A DNA stretch of 64,000 bases from Macrostomum lignano (taxonomy: Eukaryota), in assembly GCA_002269645.1 (NCBI GenBank), contig NIVC01001606.1, positions 1 through 64,000 on the forward strand, in the 5' to 3' direction. Of this stretch, positions 24,331 to 38,751 are shown piece by piece. The stretch's first letter is position 1. Every line of letters starts with the position of its first letter. The translations under genes were made by a program, and so were the position numbers. Under the pieces are notes generated by a model. That model made no database searches. It was not told where the DNA came from and saw nothing but the letters and a program-made list of their open reading frames with translations.

Positions 24331-24482
24331 GTGAGTTATTCTGGCTAATTTAAATTTCGATAAAAAGATGGATAAAGATACTGTTTTGATAAACTGTTAT
24401 TTAATTGCTTGCAGTGAATGTTTTTTTCGTTAGAAAAAACTTTTTCTTCACTACTCGTCTCTTCATCACCCGCGCATTGCAG

Positions 24483-25918
24483 CATCCAGGCCAGCCCGTC
24501 AAGAAAGAGGCTCAATCCTGAGACCGGCTGTCGATAAAGTTGACGCCCGCCGCCTCTGCCGCTACCCGCCAATCACGCCGCTGCTTGAGAACCGAGTCTC
24601 CGACTCAAACATCCCCCAATCCGTGCTGCAGTCGCTCCAGCATCTCCTCACCTCTGCTTCATCGCCCTGTCACGTGGTGCACGCAGCGCCTCCCGGAAAA
24701 GGAGGCCAGCAGCTCCGAGTGAGCACCAGCTTCCTGGAGAGGCGACTGCTGCGGAGTCTCACCACTCTGCAGGGCCAGCTGTTCGTCACGCTCAAGTGGC
24801 TGCTGAAGAAGGCCGTCCGACACAACGGCTTCAAGTCGTATCACGCAAAGACCATCGCGTTCCGAATGCTCGAGCAGACACCGGCTGAGCAGTGGAACGA
24901 CGCTCGGAATCTCGTGAGTCTCACCAGACGCTCGCTGCAGATGCTTGAGAGCGACTGCAGATCAGGCGGACCTGACGCCAGGATCATGGACCACTTCTTC
25001 CTTGGCGATGCCGCTGTGTATCTGAGAGGCGTGGACACCACATCAGCTGAGAAGGCGACTCGAGCGTTGAATGAGGCAGCTGATGCAGTGAGAGAGGCGA
25101 TCGATAGGCTGCCTGAGCTGCTGCTGGAGTTCGAGCACAGCCTGCGACCCGTCACCGACTCGGGCCGATTCCACTTCCACCCGTTCCTCATTCTGCCAAT
25201 CATGGACTTCCCAGCTCCAGTGTCAGCAGCGAACGTATGCGAGTACCACGAGATCTACAGCATTGTGAGAGAGTCGCTTCTCGGAGTGTCAGACGGAGAC
25301 CGAAGCCCAGAGTCCCGACAGCGTCTCTCGGAGCTGATCGGCCAGCTGCCAGACTGCGCCTTCTCAACGCGAGAGTCTCTCAGAGCGCTGATCTGCCTGA
25401 AGTTCGGCGACCGAGAGGCTGCAGCGAAAGTCGTTAGCGACTGCAGGCAGTTCAGCGCGAGCAGAGGCATCGACTGGCCCGCTGAGAGGTCGGCGAGTGA
25501 GGCGACTGCGGACTTGGTGTGGCGGCACCTGAGGAGCCGAGACTCGGCGTGGAAGTTCTGCTTCGTGTTTGACAAGCGGCCGCAGCTGCCGATCGGAAAT
25601 CGGATTGTCGCAGAGTTCATTCCGCTACAGCTGAAAAACTACGGCACTTACTTCTTCGTGAACTTCGACGCTCTGCTTTGTGCGCTCCGCTTCGATCTGA
25701 TAGAAGCAGGAGACTCCATTGCTCAAGACTGGATCCGGGATGTGGTGCTCAGTGAGGATGCGGATGAGCAGGAGCTGATGGTGGCTGCAGTTTTCTGTCA
25801 AGATCTGGAGCTGCTGCAGCAGTTGCGTAGGAGAAGCTCCAGGATGCTCGGCTACGTGCCTCGGTGGCTGGAGAGCAAAGTGGAAGAGCGGCTGCAGGAG
25901 CTGCGGGCACCGAAATAA
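24483..25918 (+). CDS. ANK-cGLR copy A, exon 3: third catalytic Asp, Mab-21 C-lobe and unknown C-terminal domain
   Basis: Acceptor CATTGCAG|CA (phase 1, in frame); [35 protein letters not shown] match the cGAS/Mab-21 pattern. Spliced total 3396 nt = 1131 aa. Confidence 0.87.
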
Positions 25919-26209
25919 AAAAAGTGAGAATGTCCTGAGCCGAGTGCCAGATGCGACTGCGGTTGCACCGGTGGGTGACTGCCTTCATGGCTTCTTGGCA
26001 CCATTGGATTGCTTTGTAATCGAGCAACTTGATGGCTTATTAATGTTTGTTTTCTACCAGTAGCTGCGTGACTCAGTGATCTGCTCATGCAGCACGCCTA
26101 AACCCTCCGTTTTTTCTGCTGTGACGTCCTCGCTTCAAATGCTATTCATGTACATCCCTTGCTTCTGATGTCAAATCTGAAGCCATTCTTATGGGATACT
26201 TAGGTTTGC

Positions 26210-26895
26210 AAGCCAGACATTTTCCAGCCAGATATTTGCCAGCCAGATATTTGCCAGCCAGATTTTTGCCAGCCCGATATTTGCCAGCCAGATACTTGCC
26301 AGCCAGATATTTGCCAGCCAGACATTTTCCAGCCAGACATTTTCCAGCCAGACATTTTCCAGCCAGACAATTTCCAGCCAGAAATTTTCCAGCCAGATAT
26401 TTGCCAGCCAGATACTTGCCAGCCCGATATTTGCCAGCCAGATATTTGCCAGCCCGATATTTGCTAGCCAGACATTTTCCAGCCAGACATTTTCCAGCCA
26501 GACAATTTCCAGCCAGAAATTTTCCAGCCAGATATTTGCCAGCCAGATACTTGCCAGCCCGATATTTGCCAGCCAGATATTTGCCAGCCCGATATTTGCT
26601 AGCCAGACATTTTGCCAGCCAGACATTTTCCAGCCAGATATTTGCCGCCAGATACTTGCTAACCAGATATTTGCCAGCCAGATATTTGCCAGTTAGATAT
26701 TTGCCAGCCAGACATTTTCCAGCCAGATATTAGCCAGCCACATATTTGCCAGCCAGATTTTTGCCAGCCAGATATGTGCCTGCCAGATATTTGCCAGTAA
26801 GACATTTTCCAGCCAGATATTTGCCAGCCAGATATTTGGCAGCCAGATATTTGCCAGCCCGATATTTGCAAGTAAGACATTTTCCAGCCAGATTC
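26210..26895. repeat. 15-bp minisatellite (CCAGCCAGATATTTG)n
   Basis: Direct periodicity; paralog at 40460-41075. Confidence 0.96.
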
Positions 26896-26904
26896 TCGCG
26901 TGTT

Positions 26905-27560
26905 CTCGCGTGTGTGCATTGCTTTTGAGTTGTGAGGCTGCTTAAATAGTGTCTTTCGCTCTCTTTCATCTTTGCTGCTCCATGGTGCATACTTGGCAGG
27001 TGTTCGAGCACCTCTCGTCTCATCTCTCCCGGTATCAATAATCTCTTTCCAACCAGCATTAGTTCTTCTTCAACATTGAGCTTCTTACGCAAGCTCTAGT
27101 AGGGCTTCAGAGACAGTCGCTGCAACCTTGGGTTGTCGATCTGGTCTAAAGCGTACTTATTTGAGATCGGCCCCAGCGGTCCGTGATCGATTACTATTTC
27201 GAAGTGTTTCAATCTTTCGAGAAAAATACAAGATATTTTTCACTCTTCAAGCAACAGCCAGCAGATCAAGTTCGATCGTTGCGCAACGACGCTCGGCCTC
27301 CAAAACGAATCTTGAGCCGGCTTGGACGACTCGCCATGAGCAGTCGCTCTGCTTCTGCTTCAGGTTAGAGCGGAGATAATTGGGTCTGGAAGCATCCGTG
27401 TGCCATGCAGATACGAGAGGTAAATAAGAGAGGTTGATCATAAAAGGCCATCGTATGGTCGCTGCTCAGCTCCCTTGTCATCTATCGGAACGCTTCATCA
27501 TGCTGTTGGCTCCAGATGAAGTCATTCTTGGCCTTCAGTAGGTTCCGCAGTGGCTGTCAA
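26905..27560 (-). mobile_element. Degenerate Gypsy-type pol fragment (RNase H and start of integrase)
   Basis: HTDASR..QKQ..W.VVQAGSRF..E.R.ATIELDLLAVAW; RLLIPGEMRREVLEHL..MHHGAAKMK. Confidence 0.75.
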
Positions 27561-27889
27561 ATGGCTGGCTAGCAAATTTTTTGGCTGAAATTCAAATGAG
27601 TTGAATTTTGCTGTCGCTGATGATGCGGCATGGGTGCTGCATCTCAGACTGTTTGATTTGCCTTGCCATTCTTATCTCCCCCAACTCAGTTTTCCCTTCT
27701 GAAACTCAATGATTCTGTTGTGTTTGCACATTTGCATCATTTCATAATGCTGCTCTTTATTGTGTATTTGTCATCCTTCTGGTGAATTGTGCACAGGTTT
27801 TACTGCCTTTTAGCTCGATTTTGGTTCCGTTTGGTAATTGTCTGACACCAAAGTTTTTGCAGCCCAGGCCAGGCAGATTGAAGATATTG

Positions 27890-28865
27890 GGGATTTTTAG
27901 GCTTGGGGATTGTGAAGTTTAGGGATTGTGACATATGGGATTGTAAAGTTTAGGGATTGTGACATATGGGATTGTAAAGTTTGGGGATTGTGACACTTGG
28001 GATTGTGAAGTTTGGGGATTGTGACATTTGAGATTGTGAAGTTTGGGGATTGTGAAATTTGTGATTGTGAAGTTTGGGGATTGTGACATATGGGATTGTA
28101 AAGTTTAGGGATTGTGACATATGGGATTGTAAAGTTTGGGGATTGTGACACTTGGGATTGTGAAGTTTGGGGATTGTGACATTTGAGATTGTGAAGTTTG
28201 GGGATTGTGAAATTTGTGATTGTGAAGTTTGGGGATTGTGACATTTGTGATTGTGAAGTTTGGGGATTGTGACATTTTGGATTGTGAAATTTGGGGATTG
28301 TGAAATTTGGGATTGTGAGAATTGGGGATTGTTAAGTATGCAGATTGTGACATTTGGGATTGTAAAGTTTAGGGATTGTGACATATGGGATTGTAAAGTT
28401 TGGGGATTGTGACACTTGGGATTGTGAAGTTTGGGGATTGTGACATTTGAGATTGTGAAGTTTGGGGATTGTGAAATTTGTGATTGTGAAGTTTGGGGAT
28501 TGTGACATATGGGATTGTAAAGTTTAGGGATTGTGACATATGGGATTGTAAAGTTTGGGGATTGTGACACTTGGGATTGTGAAGTTTGGGGATTGTGACA
28601 TTTGAGATTGTGAAGTTTGGGGATTGTGAAATTTGTGATTGTGAAGTTTGGGGATTGTGACATTTGTGATTGTGAAGTTTGGGGATTGTGACATTTTGGA
28701 TTGTGAAATTTGGGGATTGTGAAATTTGGGATTGTGAGAATTGGGGATTGTTAAGTATGCAGATTGTGACATTTGGGATTGTAAAGTTTGGGGATTGTGA
28801 CATTTGGTATTGTGAAGTTTAGGGATGATGGAGTTCAGGGAGGTGAATTGAAGTTTGGGAATTAT
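27890..28865. repeat. GGGATTGTGA-based satellite (about 15-17-bp subunits) with a 419-bp higher-order repeat
   Basis: Identical translated segments recur at an offset of 419 (28105 vs 28524). Confidence 0.9.
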
Positions 28866-28879
28866 AAAAGCTTTGGAAT

Positions 28880-29890
28880 GTGATATCTGAGGATCGTGAA
28901 CTGAAGAATTTGATTTTTTGGGATTGTGAACTAAAGAATGTGATATTTGAGGATCGTGAACTGAAGAATGGGATATTTAGGGATCGTGAACTGAAGAATG
29001 GGATATTTGGGGATCGTGAACTGAAGAATGGGATATTTGGGGATCGTGAACTGAATAGGTGATATATGGGGATCGTGAACTGAAGAAATGTGATATTTGG
29101 GATCCTGAACTGAAGAATGTGATTTTTTGGGATTGTGAACTAAAAAATGTGATATTTGAGGATCGTGAACTGAAGAATGGGATATTTGGGGATCGTGAAC
29201 TGAAGAATGGGATATTTGGGGATCGTGAACTGAAGAATGGGATATTTGGGGATCGTGAACTGAATAGGTGATATATGGGGATCGTGAACTGAAGAAATGT
29301 GATATTTGGGATCGTGAACTAAAGAATGGGATATTTGGGGATCGTGAACTGAAGAATGGGATATTTGGGGATCGTGAATTTAAGAATGAGATATTTGGGG
29401 ATCGTGAACTGAAGAATGTGATATATGGGGATCGTGAACTGAAGAATGAGATATTTGGGATCGTGAACTGAAGAATGTGATATTTGGGGATCGTGAACTG
29501 AAGAATGGGATACTTGGGGATCGTGAACTGAAGAATGTGATATTTGGGGATCCTGAACTGAAAAATGGGATATTTAGGGATCGTGAACTGAAGAATGTGA
29601 TATTTGGGGATCCTGAACTGAAGAATGGGATATTTGGGGATCTTGAACTGAAGAATGTGATATTTGGGGATCCTGAACTGAAGAATGGGATATTTGGGGA
29701 TCGTGAACTGAAGAAAGGGATATTTGAGAATCCTGAACTGAAGAATGTGATATTTGGGGATCGTGAACTGAAGAATGGGATATTTGGGGATCGTGAACTG
29801 AAGAAAGGGATATTTGAGAATCCTGAACTGAAGAATGTGATATTTGGGGATCGTGAACTGAAGAATGGGATATTTGGGGATCGTGAACTC
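28880..29890. repeat. 30-bp minisatellite (GGGGATCGTGAACTGAAGAATGGGATATTT)n
   Basis: Direct periodicity. Confidence 0.95.
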
Positions 29891-30164
29891 AGCAGTGCCA
29901 AGCGAAGCGGCAAAAGCTGTTCCCCAAACTGGCTGCAGCCCGGAGTCGGTGAGGGCAGTTCACGCTGATTTCAAAATTAGCAAAATTCAGTCGCGCTGCC
30001 TCAGCCGTTTCTTAGAAACGCTCAGCCAGCCGCAGCCGCCAGTGCGGTGAGCAACAAGACGGCAGTGTGGCACAGGCAGTTGGCGCATTGCAAACTATTT
30101 GAGTCTTTTTTGACTTGAGAATGGCTGTCTGTCACGCATTTACTGTGCATGATTCATTGGCTTT

Positions 30165-31165
30165 AAATACATGTGCAAATAAGAGCCGTGCAAATGCATG
30201 TGCAAATAAGAGCCGTGCAAATACTTGTGCAAATAAGAGCCATGCAAATGCATGTGCAAATAAGAGCCGTGTAAATACGTGTGCAAATAAGAGCCGTGCA
30301 AATGCATGTGCAAATAAGAGCCGTGCAAATGCATGTGCAAATTAGAGCCGTGCAAATACGTGTGCAAATAAGAGCCATGCAAATGCATGTGCAAATAAGA
30401 GCCGTGCAAATGCATGTGCAAATAAGAGCCATGCAAATGCATGTGCAAATAAGAGCCGTGCAAATGCATGTGCAAATTAGAGCCGTGCAAATACGTGTGC
30501 AAATAAGAGCCGTGCAAATTCATGTGCAAATTAGAGCCGTGCAAATACGTGTGCAAATAAGAGCCGTGCAAATGCATGTGCAAATAAGAGCCGTGCAAAT
30601 GCATGTGCAAATAAGAGCCGTGCAAATGCATGTGCAAATAAGAGCCGTGCAAATGCATGTGCAAATAAGAGCCGTGCAAATACATGTGCAAATAAGAGCC
30701 GTGCAAATACGTGTGCAAATAAGAGCCGTGCAAATGCATGTGCAAATAAGAGCCGTGCAAATACATGTGCAAATAAGAGCCATGCAAATACTTGGGCAAA
30801 TAAGAGCCGTGCAAATACGTGTGCAAATAAGAGCCGTGCAAATGCATGTGCAAATAAGAGCCGTGCAAATGCATGTGCAAATAAGAGCCGTGCAAATGCA
30901 TGTGCAAATAAGAGCCGTGCAAATGCATGTGCAAATAAGAGCCATGCAAATGCATGTGCAAATAAGAGCCGTGCAAATACTTGTGCAAATAAGAGCCGTG
31001 CAAATGCATGTGCAAATAAGAGCCGTGCAAATACCTGTGCAAATAAGAGCCATGCAAATACTTGTGCAAATAAGAGCCGTGCAAATACATGTGCAAATAA
31101 GAGCCGTGCAAATACATGTGCAAATAAGAGCCGTGCAAATACATGTGCAAATAAGAGCCGTGCAA
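30165..31165. repeat. 27-bp minisatellite (GTGCAAATAAGAGCCGTGCAAATRCAT)n
   Basis: Direct periodicity. Confidence 0.96.
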
Positions 31166-32341
31166 GATGAACTCAGAAGCAGCTCTTTAAGCACAATTAA
31201 TTGGGTGATTAATTGCTCAATTTTATTCACTCATGGCTCTGAGGGGTCTTTCCTGCAAGCCTCAGACAGAAATGAGCCATTTATTTGTTATAATGAATAT
31301 TTATTCCTATAGTGGGAAACTCACGGGACTTCAGCATATAAAATTGCAGGCTATAAGCCTCACATGACGCTACACAATGCCAGTTTAGGGGGTTATAAAA
31401 CTCATTGCCACAAGCCCTCATGACAGATCTGTAAAATAAACTACAATGCCTGTCAGAGTCCTGCTTGAGCACAACTGGGAAACTCACAGAGCCAGCAGCT
31501 CAGCAGAGACCCGAGCGCTCGCAGCCCCCAACTCCCAGATCGAACTCACAATTGAGAACTGCTCAATGCTACAATAGCAGCCCCTCCCCAACTTATCGAT
31601 CAGCTGTGAAACCGCCAATGCAACTCATACAGTAAGAAGCAGTCACTGAGCTGCCCAGAGTCCATTCAGCTTCAATTGCCACCAAGTCAGCATTTTGCAA
31701 GTCTTGCATTCACTGGGAGAGCTCAGGAAATGCAGGAGGAGAACCCTGCCTCGGTGGTCTGTGGATAAAAATAATTGATTTTTCAGCAGCCGATCGATAT
31801 TGGGTTAGGGGGAGCGATCGATATATTTTTATATATTTAGCGATCGATATTGGGTTAGGGGGAGCTGATGGATCAGAAGCATGCGAGCTGATTGGCTGCA
31901 GGGTGAGGGGAGGAAATGTACATCTGAGGGGCAGGGAGTTGAGCGGTGTGCGGCCAGCAGTCACTGCATTCTAGATCAGAGCTGTCCGTTGAGAACAGCT
32001 CAACCAACCTGCCACCTGAGCATTGTGAGCGGCATCTCGTTTCCCTAGCAACTGGGAGAATTCTCAAAGCTCAGCAGCTCAGTGTTAGTTTTCCATAGCA
32101 ACCGCTCAGATACAAATGGAGACAGCAGCAGTTTTGCATAGCAACCGCTAAGATACACATGGAGACAGCAGCAGTTTTGCATAGCAACAGCTCAGATAGA
32201 CATAGAGACAGCAGCAGTTTTGCATAGCAACCGCTCAGATACACACGGAGACAGCAGGACCCGTCAGATCCGGGATGCTTACACCAGTCTTCCCGTTTCC
32301 ATGACGTCGGCATCATCGAGCTGCCGGTCTCCTGCCTGCAG

Positions 32342-32769
32342 GGCCGACGAGCTGCCCGACGGTCAGGACTTCATCGCCGTCACCGTCACCAGCCGCGGCC
32401 TCCTGCGGCTGGACTGCGACTTCACCGTTGGCTCCGCGCAGCTGCTGACGGCGCTGGAGGCGTCGCTGCAGTCGCCCAGAATCGACGACGGCTTGGGACG
32501 TCGGTTTCGACTGGTCGCTCGGCGTCGAAAGTCCGACATTGAGCTGCAGATGCTCGTCAAGGAGAGCGCCGCGGCCTCTGCGACGCGGCGTCGGCTTCGT
32601 CGGCGGCCTGCCGGACGGCGGCGCCCTGGCGGCCTCGATGTCGGCGACTGCGGCCGGTCGACTCAGCGACTTCCGGGGCTGCCTGTGGAGTCTGCGGATG
32701 CAGAGCTCCGCGCCGGTGAACTTCATGGCCGAGAGTCTGCGGGGACTGGGCGTTGAGCAGTGCAGCTGA
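32342..32769 (+). pseudogene. Laminin-G domain terminal exon, frameshifted (copy B)
   Basis: Same sequence and same frameshift as 18406-18833. Confidence 0.65.
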
Positions 32770-33151
32770 TGGAGAGCCGAGAGTCTGCGGGGACTGAGCG
32801 TTGAGCAGTGCAGCTGATGGAGAGCTGAGAGTCTGCGGGGGACTCAGAGCTCTCACTCCCAGCTGCAGAACTGGCCCAGCAGTTCAGGGACAGACTTTAT
32901 AAAATTGAGTTTTGCTGCTCATTGTACTTTTATGCCAACCCATTTTGCTTGATTGTGCTGTAATTAAAAACATAAATTTTCAATATTTTGCACCTGTTTC
33001 CTCATACGGTTCAGCTCTTCATCCCTCAAGCAGCCTTCAATTCTGTCAAAAATATCAGCGATGCCATCTGACCGGATGCTGAGCCCCCTGACCCGAATTC
33101 CTGGCGCAATTGTGAGCAATTTTGTTATAATCAGCCACTGTGCGCATGTGG

Positions 33152-33530
33152 TCAATGGAGTAGCACTCTGAATGGAGTAGCACTCTGAATGGAGTAGCAC
33201 TCTGAATGGAGTAGCACTCTGAATGGAGTAGCACTCTGAATGGAGTAGCACTCTGAATGGAGTAGCATTCTGAATGGAGTAGCACTCTGAATGGAGTAGC
33301 ACTCTGAATGGAGTAGCACTCTGAATGGAGTAGCACTCTGAATGGAGTAGCACTCTGAATAGAGTAGCATTCTGAATGGAGTAGCACTCTGAATGGAGTA
33401 GCATTCTGAATGGAGTAGCACTCTGAATGGAGTAGCACTCTGAATGGAGTAGCACTCTGAATGGGGTAGCACTCTGAATGGAGTAGCACTCTGAATGGAG
33501 TAGCACTCTGAATGAAGTAGCACTCTGATA
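33152..33530. repeat. 17-bp minisatellite (TGGAGTAGCACTCTGAA)n
   Basis: Direct periodicity. Confidence 0.96.
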
Positions 33531-33738
33531 AATGGAGCATCACTCTTGTACACGTACTGTAAAAGTGCATGAATGAACTCAAGTCTTGCGTCATCAATTA
33601 GCCTAGGATGCAGCAGTCACTGGTGCGCAACTCAAAGTGTAAATAAAATGCTCATTTATCACAGACTACTGTTAGTAGTATTGGACGAAACTCCTTCCGG
33701 CACACTGTAACAAACTGCTATTATTCGAGTTGTTAATC

Positions 33739-33752
33739 GTTACCATGGCAAC
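33739..33752. promoter_or_regulatory. RFX X-box upstream of ANK-cGLR copy B
   Basis: GTTACCATGGCAAC. Confidence 0.6.
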
Positions 33753-34694
33753 CCATATCCTGGCTTTGCGATGTACACAGGCAGTAGAAAACTTCTCATA
33801 ACCTGCTCCCGACCAAAAGGTATTTGAAAAAATTTGTCACAAAGAGAGACGGGAGCCCCGGTGCGGGCCCTCCTAGAATCCGCTTAGGGCCATTTTGACA
33901 AAATATTGTGAGCCCTAGTAAATAAACTAATGGGAAACCTCGGTCATTTGATTGTGAGATAGCACAAATGCCACGATGTCCTCGTATGGCACCTCACTGG
34001 CGCCTGACTGCTTCCGTAGCGCATCACTTCCTCGCTGGCGCCTCACTACACCATGATTTTGGCTAGTGTTTTAAAGTGATTTTTCACCTAGCGATTAAAT
34101 TACATTTTGCATTTTGCATAAATTGCATTCTGCAACGGTCTGAGCTATTCGTGGATTTAAACTGGAAACTCTGACTCAGGGACTACTCAAACACCGGGAC
34201 GGGAAACTAGGAATTTTTTACGAGGCTGGTCTTTTATCAGCAGTAGAAAATAACCATAGACAACAAAGTAATACAGCATCTCTCTAATGCAAATAATTGC
34301 CAGCCAGCCTCGTAAAAAATTTTAGTTTCCCGTCCCGGTGTTTGAGTAGTCCCTGCTCTGACTGAATTTATTCGTGCAGAAGCCGCGTCTCTGCCAGCTG
34401 CAGGCATTCTCTCATTTACCACAGCAGTTTCCAATTTTTGCAGCTCGCTCCCACAGATATTACTGAGCAGCACTGGGCAGCAGTTCGCGAATGAAGTTGA
34501 GAACCGCGCGAAGCTGATTGGCTCTCAGCAGCAAAAGCCTTCAGCACTGGGGTTAAATTGACAGCATTTCGCTCTGAGTGCACTTGGAGAAATCCGAGTG
34601 AGCTCCGAAACAAGGACGACTTGAGTACTAATTATTTCTTTCTTCTAAGCATCTTAAGTACTTTCTTCAGGTATTCCTTGCTTCGAAATCTGAC

Positions 34695-36799
34695 ATGGGA
34701 TTTCTGCAGCGACTCTTCAGCGCGGTGGCCGCCTGCTGCTTGCGGGTTTTCGGCCGCAGGGCGAGCCGGGTTGCCGCAGCCGAGCCCATAGATGAAGAGC
34801 TCTTTGAGGCGATTGAAGCTGACCGCCTGCAGGCGGTGGAGAACTTCGTTGCCAGTGGGAGGAGTGTCGACACGATTCTCACTTGGAGAGGAAGTGAGTG
34901 GACACCGCTGATGTGGGCTTGCTACCTGAGCAGAATCGGCATCTTGGCGAGGCTGATTCGAGAGAGTGTTGATGTCAACAAACAGGACAGTGAGGGATTC
35001 TCGGCAGTGCATATTGGATGTCAACAAGGCCATCGTGAGGCTGTCGATTTACTAATTCAAGCACAAGCTGACGTCAATCTTCAAGAGAAGGTCAGTGGCT
35101 CGTCACCTCTCTACATTGCATCAGCCTATGGCCACCATGAGGTAGTCGATCGACTCCTCAAAGCACGAGCCGACGTCAATCTTCAACGAAACACTGGCGA
35201 GTCACCTCTCTACATTGCATCAGCCTATGGCCACCATGAGGTAGTCGATCGACTCCTCAAAGCACGAGCCGACGTCAATCTTCAAGAAGTCGATGGCTGC
35301 TCACCTCTCTACATTGCATCACAAAATGGCCACCATGAGGTAGTCGATCGACTCCTCAAAGCACGAGCCGATGTCAATCTTCAAGAAGTCGATGGCTGCT
35401 CACCTCTCTACATTGCATCAGCCTATGGCCACCATGAGGTAGTCGATCGACTCCTCAAAGCACGAGCCGACGTCAATCTTCAACTCAACACTGGCGAGTC
35501 ACCTCTCTACATTGCATCAGCCTATGGCCACCATGAGGTAGTCGATCGACTCCTCAAAGCACGAGCCGACGTCAATCTTCAACGAAACACTGGCTCGTCA
35601 CCTCTCTACATTGCATCAGCCTATGGCCACCATGAGGTAGTCGATCGACTCCTCAAAGCACGAGCCGACGTCAATCTTCAACGAAACACTGGCGAGTCAC
35701 CTCTCTACATTGCATCAGCCTATGGCCACCATGAGGTAGTCGATCGACTCCTCAAAGCACGAGCCGACGTCAATCTTCAAGAAGTCGATGGCTGCTCACC
35801 TCTCTACATTGCATCACAAAATGGCCACCATGAGGTAGTCGATCGACTCCTCAAAGCACGAGCCGATGTCAATCTTCAAGAAGTCGATGGCTGCTCACCT
35901 CTCTACATTGCATCACAAAATGGCCACCATGAGGTAGTCGATCGACTCCTCAAAGCACGAGCCGATGTCAATCTTCAAGAAGTCGATGGCTGCTCACCTC
36001 TCTACATTGCATCAGCCTATGGCCACCATGAGGTAGTCGATCGACTCCTCAAAGCACGAGCCGACGTCAATCTTCAACGAAACACTGGCGAGTCACCTCT
36101 CTACATTGCATCAGCCTATGGCCACCATGAGGTAGTCGATCGACTCCTCAAAGCACGAGCCGACGTCAATCTTCAACTCAACACTGGCTCGTCACCTCTC
36201 TACATTGCATCAGCGGCAGGCCACCATGAGGTAGTCGATCGACTCCTCAAAGCACGAGCCGACGTCAATCTTCAAGTAGTCGATGGCTGCTCACCTCTCT
36301 ACATTGCATCACAAAATGGCCACCATGAGGTAGTCGATCGACTCCTCAAAGCACGAGCCGACGTCAATCTTCAAGAGAAGGTCAGTGGCTCGTCACCTCT
36401 CTACATTGCATCAGCCTATGGCCACCATGAGGTAGTCGATCGACTCCTCAAAGCACGAGCCGACGTCAATCTTCAAGAGAAGGTCAGTGGCTCGTCACCT
36501 CTCTACATTGCATCACAAAATGGCCACCATGAGGTAGTCGATCGACTCCTCAAAGCACGAGCCGACGTCAATCTTCAACGAAACACTGGCGAGTCACCTC
36601 TCTACATTGCGGCACAAAACGACCACCATCACGTGGTTGAGTCACTTCTTAAAGCCTCCGCTTTGGCTGGATCTCGAGAGTCACTTCAGTCTGCTCTCAG
36701 CCGTGCCATCGAGTTCCGCAGTGAGCGATCTGCCCAAATTCTGCACCGTGCGCTGACGGGCGATGAGCGACCGAATTCGGTCCGAGAGGCTGCAGACAG
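34695..36799 (+). CDS. ANK-cGLR copy B, coding exon 1: ankyrin array (2 divergent, 15 near-identical and 1 terminal repeat)
   Basis: 165 aa longer than copy A, equal to 5 x 33; donor CAG|GTGAGC at 36799/36800, phase 2. Confidence 0.9.
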
Positions 36800-37386
36800 G
36801 TGAGCGAGCGCTTCTGAGCAACTTGGTTACTCAACTTGGTGACTACTTTAATTCAAAATTGGTGTTCATGTATATCAATTAGGTTTCCATTCCAAGCAGC
36901 AGGTGTCTGTATCAAGGTACCTGGCAGAGTTTTGTAAAGCATCCATTTTGAATGGCGGGATTTGCAGATCACTCGGTTGCTAGATGATGATGAAACACAA
37001 ATACACCTTACTTATGGGAATTTTATTTCATTTGAATTGAGTGTCGAGTAGCTGAGCTGCTCACTGAAGCTCTGATCTTGCAGCTGCAGAGGCGGCAGCG
37101 GGAAAAACTGAAGTCTGAACTAAAGCTTAAACTCTGCAGATTTTGTCACTGATTGAGTGGCAGAGAGTCTGAGGGGATCAAACACAGTTGCGGTTCTCGT
37201 ACTCAGTTTTCCCTCCTCCCATCTAGATTGTTCCTCATGAGCCTTTTGAGCAGTCAAGCTTGAGCAGATTTCCATGCCACTCTCTGGGGTACGAATTGAG
37301 TTTTCGATAAGTTCCTCATGAAACATGCATCTGATCTCAGCCAATCATAGTGAATCACAGCAGCTCCCACTCCTCCCATCATCCAG

Positions 37387-37736
37387 ACTTGCTCCCAGCG
37401 ACAATGACCTCAGCCAGCAGCTGCACTCAGCGCTGACCCGCTCGGGATTCGTGGACTCCAGAGCCGCCTTGCAGAGCGCCGCGGCTGATGTCCTGCAGGA
37501 TGTTCTGAGGAGAAGACTGAATGATGATGAAATTTTCGTGGTGGGCAGCTTTTCAGAGGGCTGGGGCAACAGCCTGGTCACTCTGGACGGCAGAACTGGC
37601 ATCGAGTCCGACATTGACGTGATTAGGCTATTTGGAAGAAGTCTGATTCACCCGATCGATCTGTGCGAGTGCACTGGAGTGACGACTCAGACAAAAGTGG
37701 AGTACCGCAACGGACACGTCTTGAGTCCCGGATACG
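37387..37736 (+). CDS. ANK-cGLR copy B, exon 2: NTase core
   Basis: Same splice sites and protein sequence as copy A exon 2 (GSFSEG...SDID). Confidence 0.85.
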
Positions 37737-37754
37737 GTGAGAGACAGCCTGTCA

Positions 37755-38605
<851 letters not shown>

Positions 38606-38751
38606 GTTATTCTGGCTAATTTAAATTTCGATAAAAAGATTGATAAAGATACTGTATTGATAAACCTATTTCATTGCTTGCAATGAATGTTTTTTTCGTT
38701 AGAAAAAACTTTTTCTTCACTTCTCGTCTCTTCATCACCCGCGCATTGCAG

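Noticed and set aside
27890-28865. Telomeric TTAGGG-like sequence
   Set aside because: TTAGGG occurs only sporadically inside a larger monomer, not in tandem.
35090-36600. Diversity-generating-retroelement type mutagenesis of the ankyrin repeats
   Set aside because: Variation is block substitution rather than adenine-specific, there is no template repeat, and nearby RT fragments are LINE or Gypsy type.
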